Shown here piece by piece: positions 25,446 to 36,162 of a stretch of DNA of 64,000 nt (its first letter is position 1; each line of letters begins with the position of its first letter). A model generated the notes under the pieces. The model was not told where the DNA came from and searched no databases. It saw only the letters and a list, made by a program, of their open reading frames with translations. This stretch comes from Malacoraja senta (Eukaryota): assembly GCA_038087875.1 (NCBI GenBank), contig JAXLNO010000470.1, forward strand, positions 1 to 64,000, read 5' to 3'. The position numbers were made by a program, and so were the translations under genes.

Positions 25446-26093
25446 ATTGTAGCAGATGCCAGGTCACGAAAGTTCCATGATAACACAGAGTGGATGTTGA
25501 ACCAGGACGTGTTCAATAATATTGTAGTTACAAATGGAATGCCAGATATCGATTTGTTTGCATCCAGGATTAACCACCAGCTGCCTAAATATGTTTCATG
25601 GGAACCAGACCCGGGGGCAGTTGCAATTGATGCTTTCTCGCTAAATTGGGGTAATATGTTTTTGTATATTTTCCCACCATTCTGCCTCATAGGTCAGTGT
25701 CTGCAAAAAATCAAGCAGGATGCCGCTTCGGGGGTGTTGGTAATACCAAATTGGCCAACTCAATCGTGGTTCCCTTTGATGTTACAGATAGCGATCCAAC
25801 CTCCTTTGGTGGTTCCAAAGCATAGGAATTTACTGGAGCATCCAGTAACACGTGAAAGTCATCCGTTATGTGATCGTGTTGATCTGTTAATTTGCAGGTT
25901 TTAAGAAGGCCATACCTGGGGCGAGGACTTTCTGGGCGAACTGTGGACATGCTCACTGCAGCCTGGAGAAAGAGTACTCAAAAGCAGTATATTACCTATG
26001 TAAAAAAAGTGGGAACAATATTGTGTACAAAATAATATTGACTATACTATGCAGGTATTGAGGATGTTTTAGAGTTCCTGTCGACACTCTACT

Positions 26094-26483
26094 CTGACGA
26101 ATCTTATAGAATTTTTCGAGGATGTAACTAGTAGAGTGGATAGGGGAGAACCAGTGGATGTGTTGTATCTGGACTTTCAGAAGGCTTTCGACAAGGTACC
26201 ACATAAGAGATTAGGATACAAACTTAAATCACACGGTATTGGGGGTTCAGTATTGATGTGGATAGAGAACTGGCTGGCAAACAGGAAGCAAAGAGTAGGA
26301 GTAAACGGGTCCTTTTCACAATGGCAGGCAGTGACTAGTGGGGTACCGCAAGGCTCAGTGCTGGGACCCCAGCTATTTACAATTTATATTAATGAACTGG
26401 ATGAGGGAATTGAAAGCAACATCTCCAAGTTTGCAGATGACACTAAGCTGGGGGGGCAGTGTTAGCTGTGAGGAGGATGCTAG
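26094..26483 (+). mobile_element. CR1 LINE, 5' part of the copy hosting the provirus (RT core)
   Basis: [38 protein letters not shown]. Confidence 0.93.
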
Positions 26484-27282
26484 TGATGAAGCCGAATAAA
26501 GTTACAAAAATAAGGACAAATTAAAATAGGGTTCTGGGCTAGCTTACAGCTTATATTTAGTGTCAAATTAGGCTTGCCTCGGGTTGCAGTGTGTGGGATA
26601 ATAAATACCATAACATTGTCTCCCAAGTGAGGAAGTGACAGAAAGAAACAGCTAGTCACATCTTTGAAGGAAGATGCCATAAGACAAATGGCCAATGTTT
26701 ATGGGGGAGGAGGCAATAAAGGAAGAGAGAAACAGCTAGTCACATCTTTGAAGGTAGATGCCATAAGACAAATGGCCAATGTTTATGGGGGAGGAGGCAA
26801 TAAAGGAAGAGAGAAACAGCTAGTCACATCTTTGAAGGAAGATGCCATAAGACAAATGGCCAATGTTTATGAGGTACCAAGTGACAGAGAGGAAGCAGCG
26901 AAAGAGCTAGGGTGATCTCTTTGAAGATAAAATGACCTAAGACAAATGGCCAATGTTTTTAGTATATCTTGTACCATGTAAACAAAAGGCCTTTGATGTG
27001 ATGCATTCTGTGGAAACCTTTTCCTGTACCTCTGACCATGACTAATGTTTGTGGAATGTGCTAAGGTGACAAAAAAACACTATATAAGACGATGTAATTC
27101 TGTTGTTCAGAGAAAGGGACCGAGGACAGTCGAGTGTCTACATTGGTCACTTAGCTGGAATTCTCGCTCCCTTCCATCGGCCGATGTTAAGTAAAGTTTT
27201 GAACTGGTCTACCAAACAGTTTGTGTGGTGTCTGTTTATCAAGAAGCGAACCTGTTTAGTTGTTATAAAAGTAACTTTTTCA
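26484..27282 (+). repeat. 5' LTR (799 bp)
   Basis: TGATGAAG...TTTTTCA; three copies of an 84-bp CCAAT-containing unit; TATATAA at 27081; candidate AGTAAA poly(A) signal at 27190. Confidence 0.95.
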
Positions 27283-27283
27283 T

Positions 27284-27300
27284 TGGCGTTTTTCGGCAGG
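27284..27300 (+). promoter_or_regulatory. Primer-binding site, degenerate tRNA-Ser-like
   Basis: TGGCGTTTTTCGGCAGG, one base after the LTR, resembles the tRNA-Ser PBS TGGCGTAGTCGGCAGG. Confidence 0.65.
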
Positions 27301-28117
27301 CCTCGCTGGGACCCCATCAACAGCTGACTGTGCAAGAGGTTGCAGAGGTTGCCGGGATTGGAAGGGAGATAACTGAGCTCTATCGGCCCCCTTGTAAGAC
27401 CGACTCCCTAGAAACTCCCGGGAACGTCTGTGATCCTTCATCAGAGGTTGATCCAGGTTCCCTGCCGAGGTTCTTAGAAACAGACCAAGGTAAGACCAGT
27501 TGGGCTTTATAGGGTTTTTTTTTTAAGAAGGGATTGTGTATGTATTTTAAAGACAGAATTGTGCATGTATTTTTAAGAAGGGCTTGTGTATATTGTTAAG
27601 AAGGACGTGAGTGGTTTCTCTTTCTCTCTCTCTCTGTCTATCTCTCTTTGTTTTCTTTTTTTTTCTTCTCTCTCTCTCTCTCTCTACTAAGGGCTCATCG
27701 GCCTCGTTGATATATCCGTGATTTGTCGGGTTGAGATACGGGGGTTGAGGTGTGCGTCTGGCTTATTGAGACATCCGAAGAGTTGTCGGATTGAGAAATA
27801 AGTGGCGTTGTATATTAAAGAGTAAGAAGTCTGCCAGGTTGAGAAACGGGGGTCCCGGTTAGCGGGTCTGCTTCGTTGAGACACATGGGGCTTATTTTAG
27901 GTCTGCCAGGTTGAGAAACGGGGGTCTCGGTTAGCGAGTCTGCTTCGTTGAGACACTTGGGTCGTATATCAAAGAGGTAAAAAAAATATATATTTTTTAA
28001 AAAGTCAGCCAAATTGAGAAACTGGGGTCTCGAGTAGCGAGTCGGCCTGGTTGATATATTTGGAACGATTCGGAATTAAGAAGTCTGCTTTCTCTTTCTC
28101 TTTCTCTCTATCTATCT

Positions 28118-30217
28118 ATGGGGAATGCACTGGATAACAGTGAGGGGGGGAACCCCCGTCCAACATATGTGTTATTTGAATCCTAAGTATAATAAGAAAT
28201 TTAGAATGTTAAGTTACAAGTTGACCAAACGGTTGGGGGATGAAGCCTGGCCAGTAGGGGGCACATGGAATGTCGAGACAATTAAAAAAGCAGAGATGTT
28301 GATATGGGAAAGGAAGGCAGGAAAGAAATGGAAGAAGGGAATTAAAACGTGGAAAGCAGAAGCAGAGAAGAAGCGTGAGGAGAGTAGAGATCGAAGTTGG
28401 ATGGATACTGCATGTAAACAAGGGATAGAGTTACGAAATAAGGATGGCACTATGAAAGGATGGAAAGTATTGCAACTACAATGCCAGTGGGCGGAGGAAC
28501 AAGAGAAAATAATTAAGAGACAGGCAGGAGGTGAGAAACAGGTGATGGTTAGTAAAAATAAACCCAGTACTGGTAAATCCTCTGGAAGAGACTTCATGTC
28601 TGGCACGACGACCCTGTTTGGTAGTGAAGATGAGGAGTTAGATAATCTTGGGAGACGTCCACCTCCCTACGTCCCACCAGTAGCAATGCCATCCTTACCT
28701 TTAGCAGCTCCGTCAGTAATATCCATATACCCCGAAGTTCCGACCTTACAAAGCCACGGTGAAATACTAAAGGAAGATATGAGTGAGCTGACGGACAGTG
28801 TAATTAACACGGTGGTATCAGTTGGGGAGCGAGTAAAAACATACCCTAGAAGGACTGCACAGAACCTCCCTATGAGAGGGGTGCCAAACCCTAGGGCAGG
28901 TGACGCCAATCAGGCCGATACCATGCAAATATGCGCACCGTGGAGACCACACGAGCAATGTATGATACGGGATAAAGTCCCAGACCGCCATAAGACCCCG
29001 AAGGAATTTGTAGAATACCTCCGCAGTACGGTAGAATATTAGCAGGTAAACCAGTTCACTTCCACCTGACGTGGTCTGCATTTATAGAATTATTACAAAC
29101 ATAGGGTGCAAAAGTACTTAAAAAAAAATAAAAAAATTGAGGTCAGGTAAGGGGGGATGATAGTTGAAGAGTTGGTATGTCCTATTTACGTAATGCTCAA
29201 AAAAATATTTCTTTTTCTTTTTTTTTTCCTCTCTCTCTTTCTCTTTTTTTTCCTAGGGCCTATTTCTTAACTCTTTTTCTTTTGTTTTTAATTTCGCTCT
29301 TATAGGGTCTTCGTCCTTTTTTGTTGTTACATTTTCTACACTTTTCTACACTTTCACTTTTTCCTTCACTTTCTTCTTTCTTTCAATCTGTTCCTTTTCT
29401 AGTGTAAAAAAAAAAAAAAAAAGAATATTATCAGGCTACAGACCGTGATATTTGGTCCATGACCTTGTCACTTTTGTCAGCGGCCGAACAACGGAAGTGG
29501 AAGGATGTTATGACACATCAGACGTGGCAGGCACTAAAAGCCGTGCAGGCACATACAGACGAGACAGTTTGTATAGATTTTATGATGACCAATCTGTTTG
29601 AATGTTTGAAGAAGCCAATTAACATGTCGGTGGTCCTCGATTGTAAGCTCGGCCCAGTCGTATCTGGATCGTTTCACTAGTATCTATGGGACCTTTGCAG
29701 GAGACTCTGTACACAATGCGGGCAATAGGTCCCCAGCTTTCAATGCTATGTTAATGAGTTGTCTCCCTCTTAAAGTACAGTCAATGATTAAAACAGACTT
29801 AAACTGGTCAGACAACGACATAACCCAGATGAGACGTGCAGTAGCTGCCTTTTGGGCTGACGGTGCTGGAAACACGGCTGCCACCAGTGCACCCAGAATA
29901 AAAACTGAATATTATATGTGGGATCCAGCAGCTGAGGAATCCTACCGGGCTCTGGCTATGAGACCTGGGAACGGGATGCGCCCTGGTAGAGGAAGGGGTT
30001 TTCCACCCAGACCACAATGGGATAGACCATGATGGGGAGAATTCCAGGGAAGACCACCCAGGGCAGGAACGATCACGTGGTGAGAGGGGAACCTATAGGA
30101 AGCTGTTTTCAGTGTGGGGGAAGAGGGCATTGGAAAAAGGAATGTCCCTCTGGTAACTCCGGGGAAGTACGGGGAAGATGGGCTCCGTACTCTGCCAACA
30201 ACCCGTTTTCCCAATGA
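28118..30217 (+). pseudogene. gag: Retroviral gag, disrupted
   Basis: MGNALD myristoylation-type start, PPPY late domain, MHR remnant YLDRF, single CFQCGGRGHWKKEC zinc knuckle; frameshifts near 28150, 29655 and 30030 plus an L1 insertion. Confidence 0.9.
29042..29421 (+). mobile_element. 5'-truncated L1 3' end inserted in gag
   Basis: AGKPVHFHLTWSAFIELLQT* resembles the L1 ORF2 end near 51150-51209; poly(A); 9-bp TSD AGAATATTA (29033-29041 / 29422-29430). Confidence 0.9.
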
Positions 30218-33200
30218 CCCACCCACTTCCCTGTACAGCACCTATTCCCACTAATCGCCAACCCCGATGAAGAACCCATAGTTCCGTTTTTGATTGATAC
30301 AGGAGCAACCTCATCTACCCTGAATCAGGAGCTTGCGGCATCTCTTGGAGTTCCCACATCAGACCATGTAACGCGATTATCAGGATTGGACGGGAAAGTA
30401 CGGTGTTACCCACTAACTCAGCCTCTGACTGTAACCTATGGACAGGAACAATGTACCCTCCCTTTTTCCGTTACACCATTTCTTGGCTGCAACCTTGCAG
30501 GCAGAGACCTATTCATAGGATTAAAAGCGGGAATTATCTGCACTGACGAGGGAATTCACCTCCAGACCCAGAAGATGATGCACACACACTTCCCAACACC
30601 TCAATGGTGGGCGATTGATCTTTTGTCAGCACCAGTCTTTGGAAATACACCCGATCCACATGTGACCTTATGTTATGATCCTACGGGTTGCAATCCCGAA
30701 ATGGAAGCTTACTTTAGTTCACTGATAGGGGAAGCAACTAGGGTCCGCTTGATAGGAACAGTGTCAGGCGAACCTGGCACTGCCTTGATCGTGCAAGTGG
30801 AGGAAGGGTTGTGGAAACAGAATGTTTCCCTAGTGGCACCTCATGTAACCACCTCAGTGAGGGCAGACCACTCAGCAAAAGAGCTGAGGTACCTCACCTA
30901 CGAGTTATGCAACCAAGCAAGTAACATACTGGGTGAGCAAAATTGTTCTCAGGGAACGTTGGAATATTGGCAAGAGAACCAGGTCGTTGAAGGAGTTATC
31001 AGCCGCCATCAGCCAACAGCAAACGACATGGACAAACATCAGATTTGGGCGACATCACCGCATGAGGTAGGACTGACTTATTGTGTACCTGTAATGATCA
31101 CGCTTAAGCCGGATGTCCGCCTCCCTGCAGTTCCCCAATATCCTTTAAAACCAGAAGCAGTGGCAGGAATACAACAGCTGGCGCAGTCTCTTTTACACCA
31201 GGGTATATTGGTGCAGTGTCACTCACCATGTAACACCCCGATCTTCCTGGTGCCCAAGCCTGGACGCTCAGAGTGGAGGCTAGTACAAGACCTCCGTGCA
31301 ATTAATGAGATTGTTACGCCTATGCACGCCATCGTACCGAATCCCGCAACTATCCTGTGCCAGGTTCCCGCCTCTGCGACAATCTTCACAGTTATTGACC
31401 TCCAACATGCATTCTTTTCAATCCCACTGCATCCCGATTGCCAATACCTTTTTGCCTTTACATACGAAGGACAACAATATACATGGACACGCCTGCCACA
31501 AGGTTTTGTACATTCGCCCACTCTGTTTTCCCAAGTACTAGCAGACCAGTTAAAGACATTAACCCTCCCACAAGGCTCCATTGTAATACAGTATGTTGAT
31601 GATTTACTTCTGGCCAGCTCTGATGAGGCCAGCAACATTATTGACACTGCAAAGTTATTAGAAGCCTTACATGCTTGGGGGTATGTGATCCCTGAGAGGA
31701 AAGTTAAAGAGGGCAAGAAGGAGGTTAAATTTCTTGGAGTTATGATTAGTGCCACTGAAAGAGCACTTACTCCAGCAAGAGTGGACCCTATTGTACGATA
31801 CCCAAAACCAGAAACCCCAAAACAAATGAGAGCCTTCTTGGGGTTAGTGAACTTTTGCCGTCAGTGGATTCCCAATGTTGTACTTTATACGAAGCATCTA
31901 TCACCACTGGCATCTGCAAATGCTGAACGACATTTTTCCCCTCGATGAAAAACAGACTGAAGCCTTTATAGCCTTAAAAGATGCATTAGCCTCCGCCCCA
32001 GCCATCGGAAGACCACTGTATGACAGATCATTTCAGCTATATGTAACAATAATTCAAGACTGTGTATCAGCCGTACTGACGCAACACCATGGGGATGTTA
32101 AACGACCAGTAGCTTACTTCTCAGTTCGCCTGGATGCAGTAGCACGCGGCTACTCCCCTTGCACCCAGATTATTATAGATTGAAGCATTCTGAAACAAAT
32201 ATGAAACAATCTTACTTCGAAGACATGAAAGTAAAGCGTATCATTAGTTAGTTACCTAATTGTAGCTAATTACAAAATTCAATTACTAGATCTAAACCTA
32301 TCAATTTCTTAAGAATAGATTAACATTTTTAAATAGCCTAAGTGTCCAAATAACATTCACACAATAATTCACAATATAACATAATTTTTAAATCTAATTT
32401 TCATGAATTTACAGGCCAAATGGAAGGAATTGAATGTTTAATACCTGTAAATTAATGGGCATTTAATTCATTTTGCGAGTGAGGATTACTGGAACGCGAT
32501 CTTTTGGAACGTTGATTTGCAGTGAATTTAACCCCGTATTGGCATGAAAAATGCTGCCGTTAATTCGGGGAATAAAATCACCGTGTCGCATGAAAAAATG
32601 TGAATTAAAGGCTTCTTAAGAAGCAATTTTATACATTTAAAGAAAGCACTTTCGTTTACCTGTCCATTGTGTGAAATCCGTCCCCGTTATCGGCGTTGAC
32701 GCTTCAGGAGCTGATTTTAAAATTATTGTAGCGCTGACATTGACGATTTAATAAAAATAAAAAATTCACAAATCGCCACTAGGAACGATTCATCAGCCAA
32801 CGCTTGTACTCCAACACAATATTAACTTGGACAAGGGAGGAGAAACACGCGTTTTAACCCCGCCCCCCCTTAAAGGCACCAAAATCGCGCACACGGCCAG
32901 TGGCAGAATTACAGCGCGACTGAAGGTAAGTTTTGTAACATACCTAGTATACATGCCGCTATCTCAGCTGCTGCAAACATAACTTTACATCAACCGGTAA
33001 TCGTATTTACAACTCATTGTGTCGCCGTATTAATGAATGCAAGCCAAACGAAATATCTCACCCAGGCACGCCTGGGCCGCTATGAACTGACATTGTTGAA
33101 TAATCCAAATTTGACCTTTCAGCATTGTTCTACAATAAATCCATCTGCCTTTTTGACGGAGCCACCCGAGTCTTGCCCAGAGCCGCCCCACAATTGTGAG

Positions 33201-34965
33201 ATGGCCAGTGACTTATTAACAAAAACACGGGAAGGATTGTCTGATATCCCATTGGAAGGCAACATACCATCATGGTTTGTCGATGGCTCCTCTATGGTTA
33301 TCCCTGAAACAGGACAGCGGGCTTCCGGCTATGCAGTAGTAAACGGGTCACAGATGATTTTGGAAGAAGGAAGGTTTCAGTTTCCGTTATCAGCGCAACA
33401 GGCAGAATTATTTGCCCTAACTCGAGCCTGCATATTAGCAACGGACAAACAAATTAACATCTATACTGATTCCCGATACGCCTTCGGCGTTGCTCATGAC
33501 TTTGGCGCTCTCTGGCAACACAGAGGATTCCTGACCTCGGCAGGAACACCCATTAAGAATGCCCTTTTTGTGCGTAATTTGCTTACGGCGTTGATGCTAC
33601 CAGATCAGCTGGCCATTATTAAATGTACTGCACACACGGGTGCTGGGGACCCTATAGCAAAAGGTAATGAATTGACCGATAGTGTATCCAAGCAAGCAGC
33701 CTGTACATCCAAATGCGTGGTGACATCTGGTAAACAGATACTAGCAAATAGAACGGTCCTGCCAGATATGAGGGAGGTATGTACATTACAGAGGGACGCC
33801 TCTGATAACCAAAAACAACTATGGAAACAAGAGGGCTGTGCCATTGACTCCACCACAGGTCTTTGGCTCACCCCGCTTGGGCAAGTTTGTGTATCTGATG
33901 CATTTTTACCTGTTTTACTAACATATATTCACTCACTTACCCATGCTGGTAAGGATGGAATGATAAGGATGACAAAAGAGACGTGGTGGCACCCAAAAAT
34001 CCGGCAAGAGGCACTGAAGCAGGCCTCTGAATGTAAAATTTGCCAACGAAATAATCCAGGCAAACCAATTAGGATACCCTCAGGGGTGACGCCAATGCCA
34101 TCACGACCGTTTGAATGCATACAGATTGATTTTATTGAAATGCCAAGGGCCCAGTTATAAATATTGCTTAGTTATTTTAGATTTATTTAGCAGGTGGATT
34201 GAAGCTCTACCAACCACTAATAATACTGCTGAAACTACGGTAACATTGTTGTTAAGGGAAGTTATTCCCAGGTTTGGCCTACCTACTGTCATAAGCTCGG
34301 ACAATGGTCCCCATTTTATTGCCACTATTAATAAGGAAATATGTGCACATTTTAATATCCGACAGCAATTTCACTGTGTACACCACCCACAGGCATCTGG
34401 GATGGTGGAAAGAGCCAATGGGGCATTAAAAAACAAAATTACCAAGCTGATGGGAGAAATGGGACAGACATGGATTAAAGTATTACCCTTAGCATTATTT
34501 GAAATGAGGGTAACTCCCCACAGTGTTACAAAGTTATCCCCAGCAGAAATTATCTACGGTAAACCTCTACGAACCCCCTGGGGAGCAAGCATTACTCATG
34601 AAGGAACCTTAGATTTACACGCATTAAACGATGAAATAATTACCTATGTTCAACGACTCACCCATATTCTGTCAGCATTACATTTACAGGTAAAGGAGTC
34701 CCAGAACCCGCTACCTGATGCTGACCAGTGCGAAATAGTCCAACCAGGGGACTACGTACTTATCAGAAATTGGGACCGCAAGAAACTCGGCCCCCGTTGG
34801 AACGGACCATACCAGGTGCTACTGACTACACCAACAGCAGTGAAGGTTGAAAACCATCCACGTTGGATACATCTCTCCGACTGCAAAAAGATTGGATACA
34901 AGGATGGCACTAGTGATGTTCGCTCTACTGACGATCCTAACCATGGCCAGGGTAACATGGACTAA
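30218..34965 (+). pseudogene. pol: Retroviral pro-pol: protease, 2H-phosphoesterase-like domain, RT, RNase H, integrase (disrupted)
   Basis: LIDTGAT; PHVTL/PHVTT; QYPL, WRLVQDLR, LPQG, YVDD; FVDGS, SAQQAEL, YTDSRY; HHCC, IDF, SDNG, VERAN, GPY; frameshifts near 31940 and 34153 and an insertion near 32172-32946. Confidence 0.93.
32172..32946. mobile_element. AT-rich non-retroviral insertion in pol (probably a truncated non-autonomous DNA transposon)
   Basis: Pol reads ...GYSPCTQII before it and IHAAISAAANIT after it; the insert has no ORF and no clear TSD. Confidence 0.65.
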
Positions 34966-36157
34966 TACCTATCTGGCTATGAGCCATGAGTTTGCCGTAC
35001 GGGCACATGGGACTGAATGTTGGGTATGCACCGGTGTTCCGACTAGCAGTAAGGAAGGAATTCCCCTGGTCCCCATTCCATTAAACCTTACCGAGAGACT
35101 AGCGATGAGGTGCTTTTGTAACTCTGCTAAAAAATCGTCATGCCTAAAAATCATACTGATAACAAATACCAAAAACGAAACAATAAACATCACCTATGGA
35201 GGCCCAAAATACAATAATTTTGAAGGATGGTACACCCCTCCCTTCAAAGGAGATTGGAAATTGAACGTGACAAATGCAGCAGATATACCCCGACTACAGA
35301 TAGTAAAAGATCCGCACAGGCCAGTTAATACTACCTGTTTTTGCCACCACCAAGGCACAGGTGTATTCTTGGGAAACAGTACTTGTACGTCAACTCAGAC
35401 AGCCACCATTATCGGCCCACCCCGACCAGTTAATGGCACATATTTTGTATGTGGATCCTGGGCCTACCCATGGTTACCAGGAATGCCGCCGGCTGACGGG
35501 GCAGCTTGGGAACAACTAAAAGGACCCCATCACTGGAAAGGGTGTTGTTATGTTGCATATGTGGTCCCACGTATGAGAAGCATGAGCCAGTTGCACCGGC
35601 ACACGGGGATTTCCAAGCGAAGCCTAGCAAAGGCTGAGCCATTTTTTATGATACTCTTCCCGTCCTTTGGTAGTATAATAGTGTCACGGGAACTAATTAA
35701 AATGGCCTCCGCTTTAGAGACACTTGCTAATGCCACTGCCATCTCCTTGAGTGCAACCCAGGAGGAGGTAGAAGTGGTAAGAGCTGAAATGGTAGCTATT
35801 AGGACCGTAGTATTACAAAACAGAATGGCCTTAGATTTTATCCTGGCAGAAAAAGGAGGGACATGTGCAATAATAGGTCGAGAATGTTGCACCTTTATTC
35901 CCGATGCTTCCTCCACCATTACCAACTTAGCTACCCATATCAGAATGGAAGTAGCTAAAATAAGGAAGGTGGGAGCTGAATTCCATGGTTATAGCTCCGG
36001 TGGAGTTTGGTGGCCATTTAATATGTTTGGAGGGACTTGGGGAATGATTGTCCACTATGGATTGATTGTATTACTAGTTGTACTCGTAATTTGTCTGATG
36101 CGATGCTTATGGTCTTTCATATGTACTCGGCAAGGACTGCAGTTATCAAAATTTTGA
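34904..36157 (+). CDS. env: Retroviral envelope glycoprotein, intact 417-aa ORF (gamma-type)
   Basis: Signal peptide MALVMFALLTILTM, CWVC (CxxC), ISKR cleavage site, hydrophobic fusion peptide, immunosuppressive domain LQNRMALDFILA, CX6CC (CAIIGRECC), TM anchor; no stops or frameshifts. Confidence 0.92.
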   Translation: MALVMFALLTILTMARVTWTNTYLAMSHEFAVRAHGTECWVCTGVPTSSKEGIPLVPIPLNLTERLAMRCFCNSAKKSSCLKIILITNTKNETINITYGGPKYNNFEGWYTPPFKGDWKLNVTNAADIPRLQIVKDPHRPVNTTCFCHHQGTGVFLGNSTCTSTQTATIIGPPRPVNGTYFVCGSWAYPWLPGMPPADGAAWEQLKGPHHWKGCCYVAYVVPRMRSMSQLHRHTGISKRSLAKAEPFFMILFPSFGSIIVSRELIKMASALETLANATAISLSATQEEVEVVRAEMVAIRTVVLQNRMALDFILAEKGGTCAIIGRECCTFIPDASSTITNLATHIRMEVAKIRKVGAEFHGYSSGGVWWPFNMFGGTWGMIVHYGLIVLLVVLVICLMRCLWSFICTRQGLQLSKF

Positions 36158-36162
36158 TAAAA

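Larger units (their letters stand above)
21244..26101 (+). mobile_element. DIRS-like tyrosine-recombinase retrotransposon, copy 1 (degraded, 3'-truncated)
   Basis: 5' terminus TTTTACTTCGGAGTCACGTGAGTGACTACGTGAAGAA shared with 60241; ORF1 from ATG 21461; RT (DGGCRIILDL, DLKDAYY, LPNG, A*LDD), RNase H (TDVS..GWG, INYLEL, IDNTTA), methylase-like domain (DLFAS...FPPF) and start of the recombinase. Confidence 0.92.

Noticed and set aside
26664..26915. 83-aa ORF of 28-aa repeats in the 5' LTR as an accessory gene
   Set aside because: A by-product of the 84-bp repeat; it starts at TTG and the 3' LTR copy has a stop (AAATAG) in the equivalent frame.
26646..28065. CRISPR-like repeat-spacer array
   Set aside because: The repeats are tandem or degenerate without unique equal-length spacers; the context is eukaryotic and proviral, with no cas genes.
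28125..28150. Listed ORF start MHWITV as the gag start
   Set aside because: The upstream ATG at 28118 gives MGNALD with a myristoylation-type Gly and joins the frame if one G is removed from the G7 run; this is a frameshift or sequencing error.
31219..35925. Antisense ORFs within pol and env as accessory genes
   Set aside because: Short shadow frames of coding sequence with no recognisable motifs.
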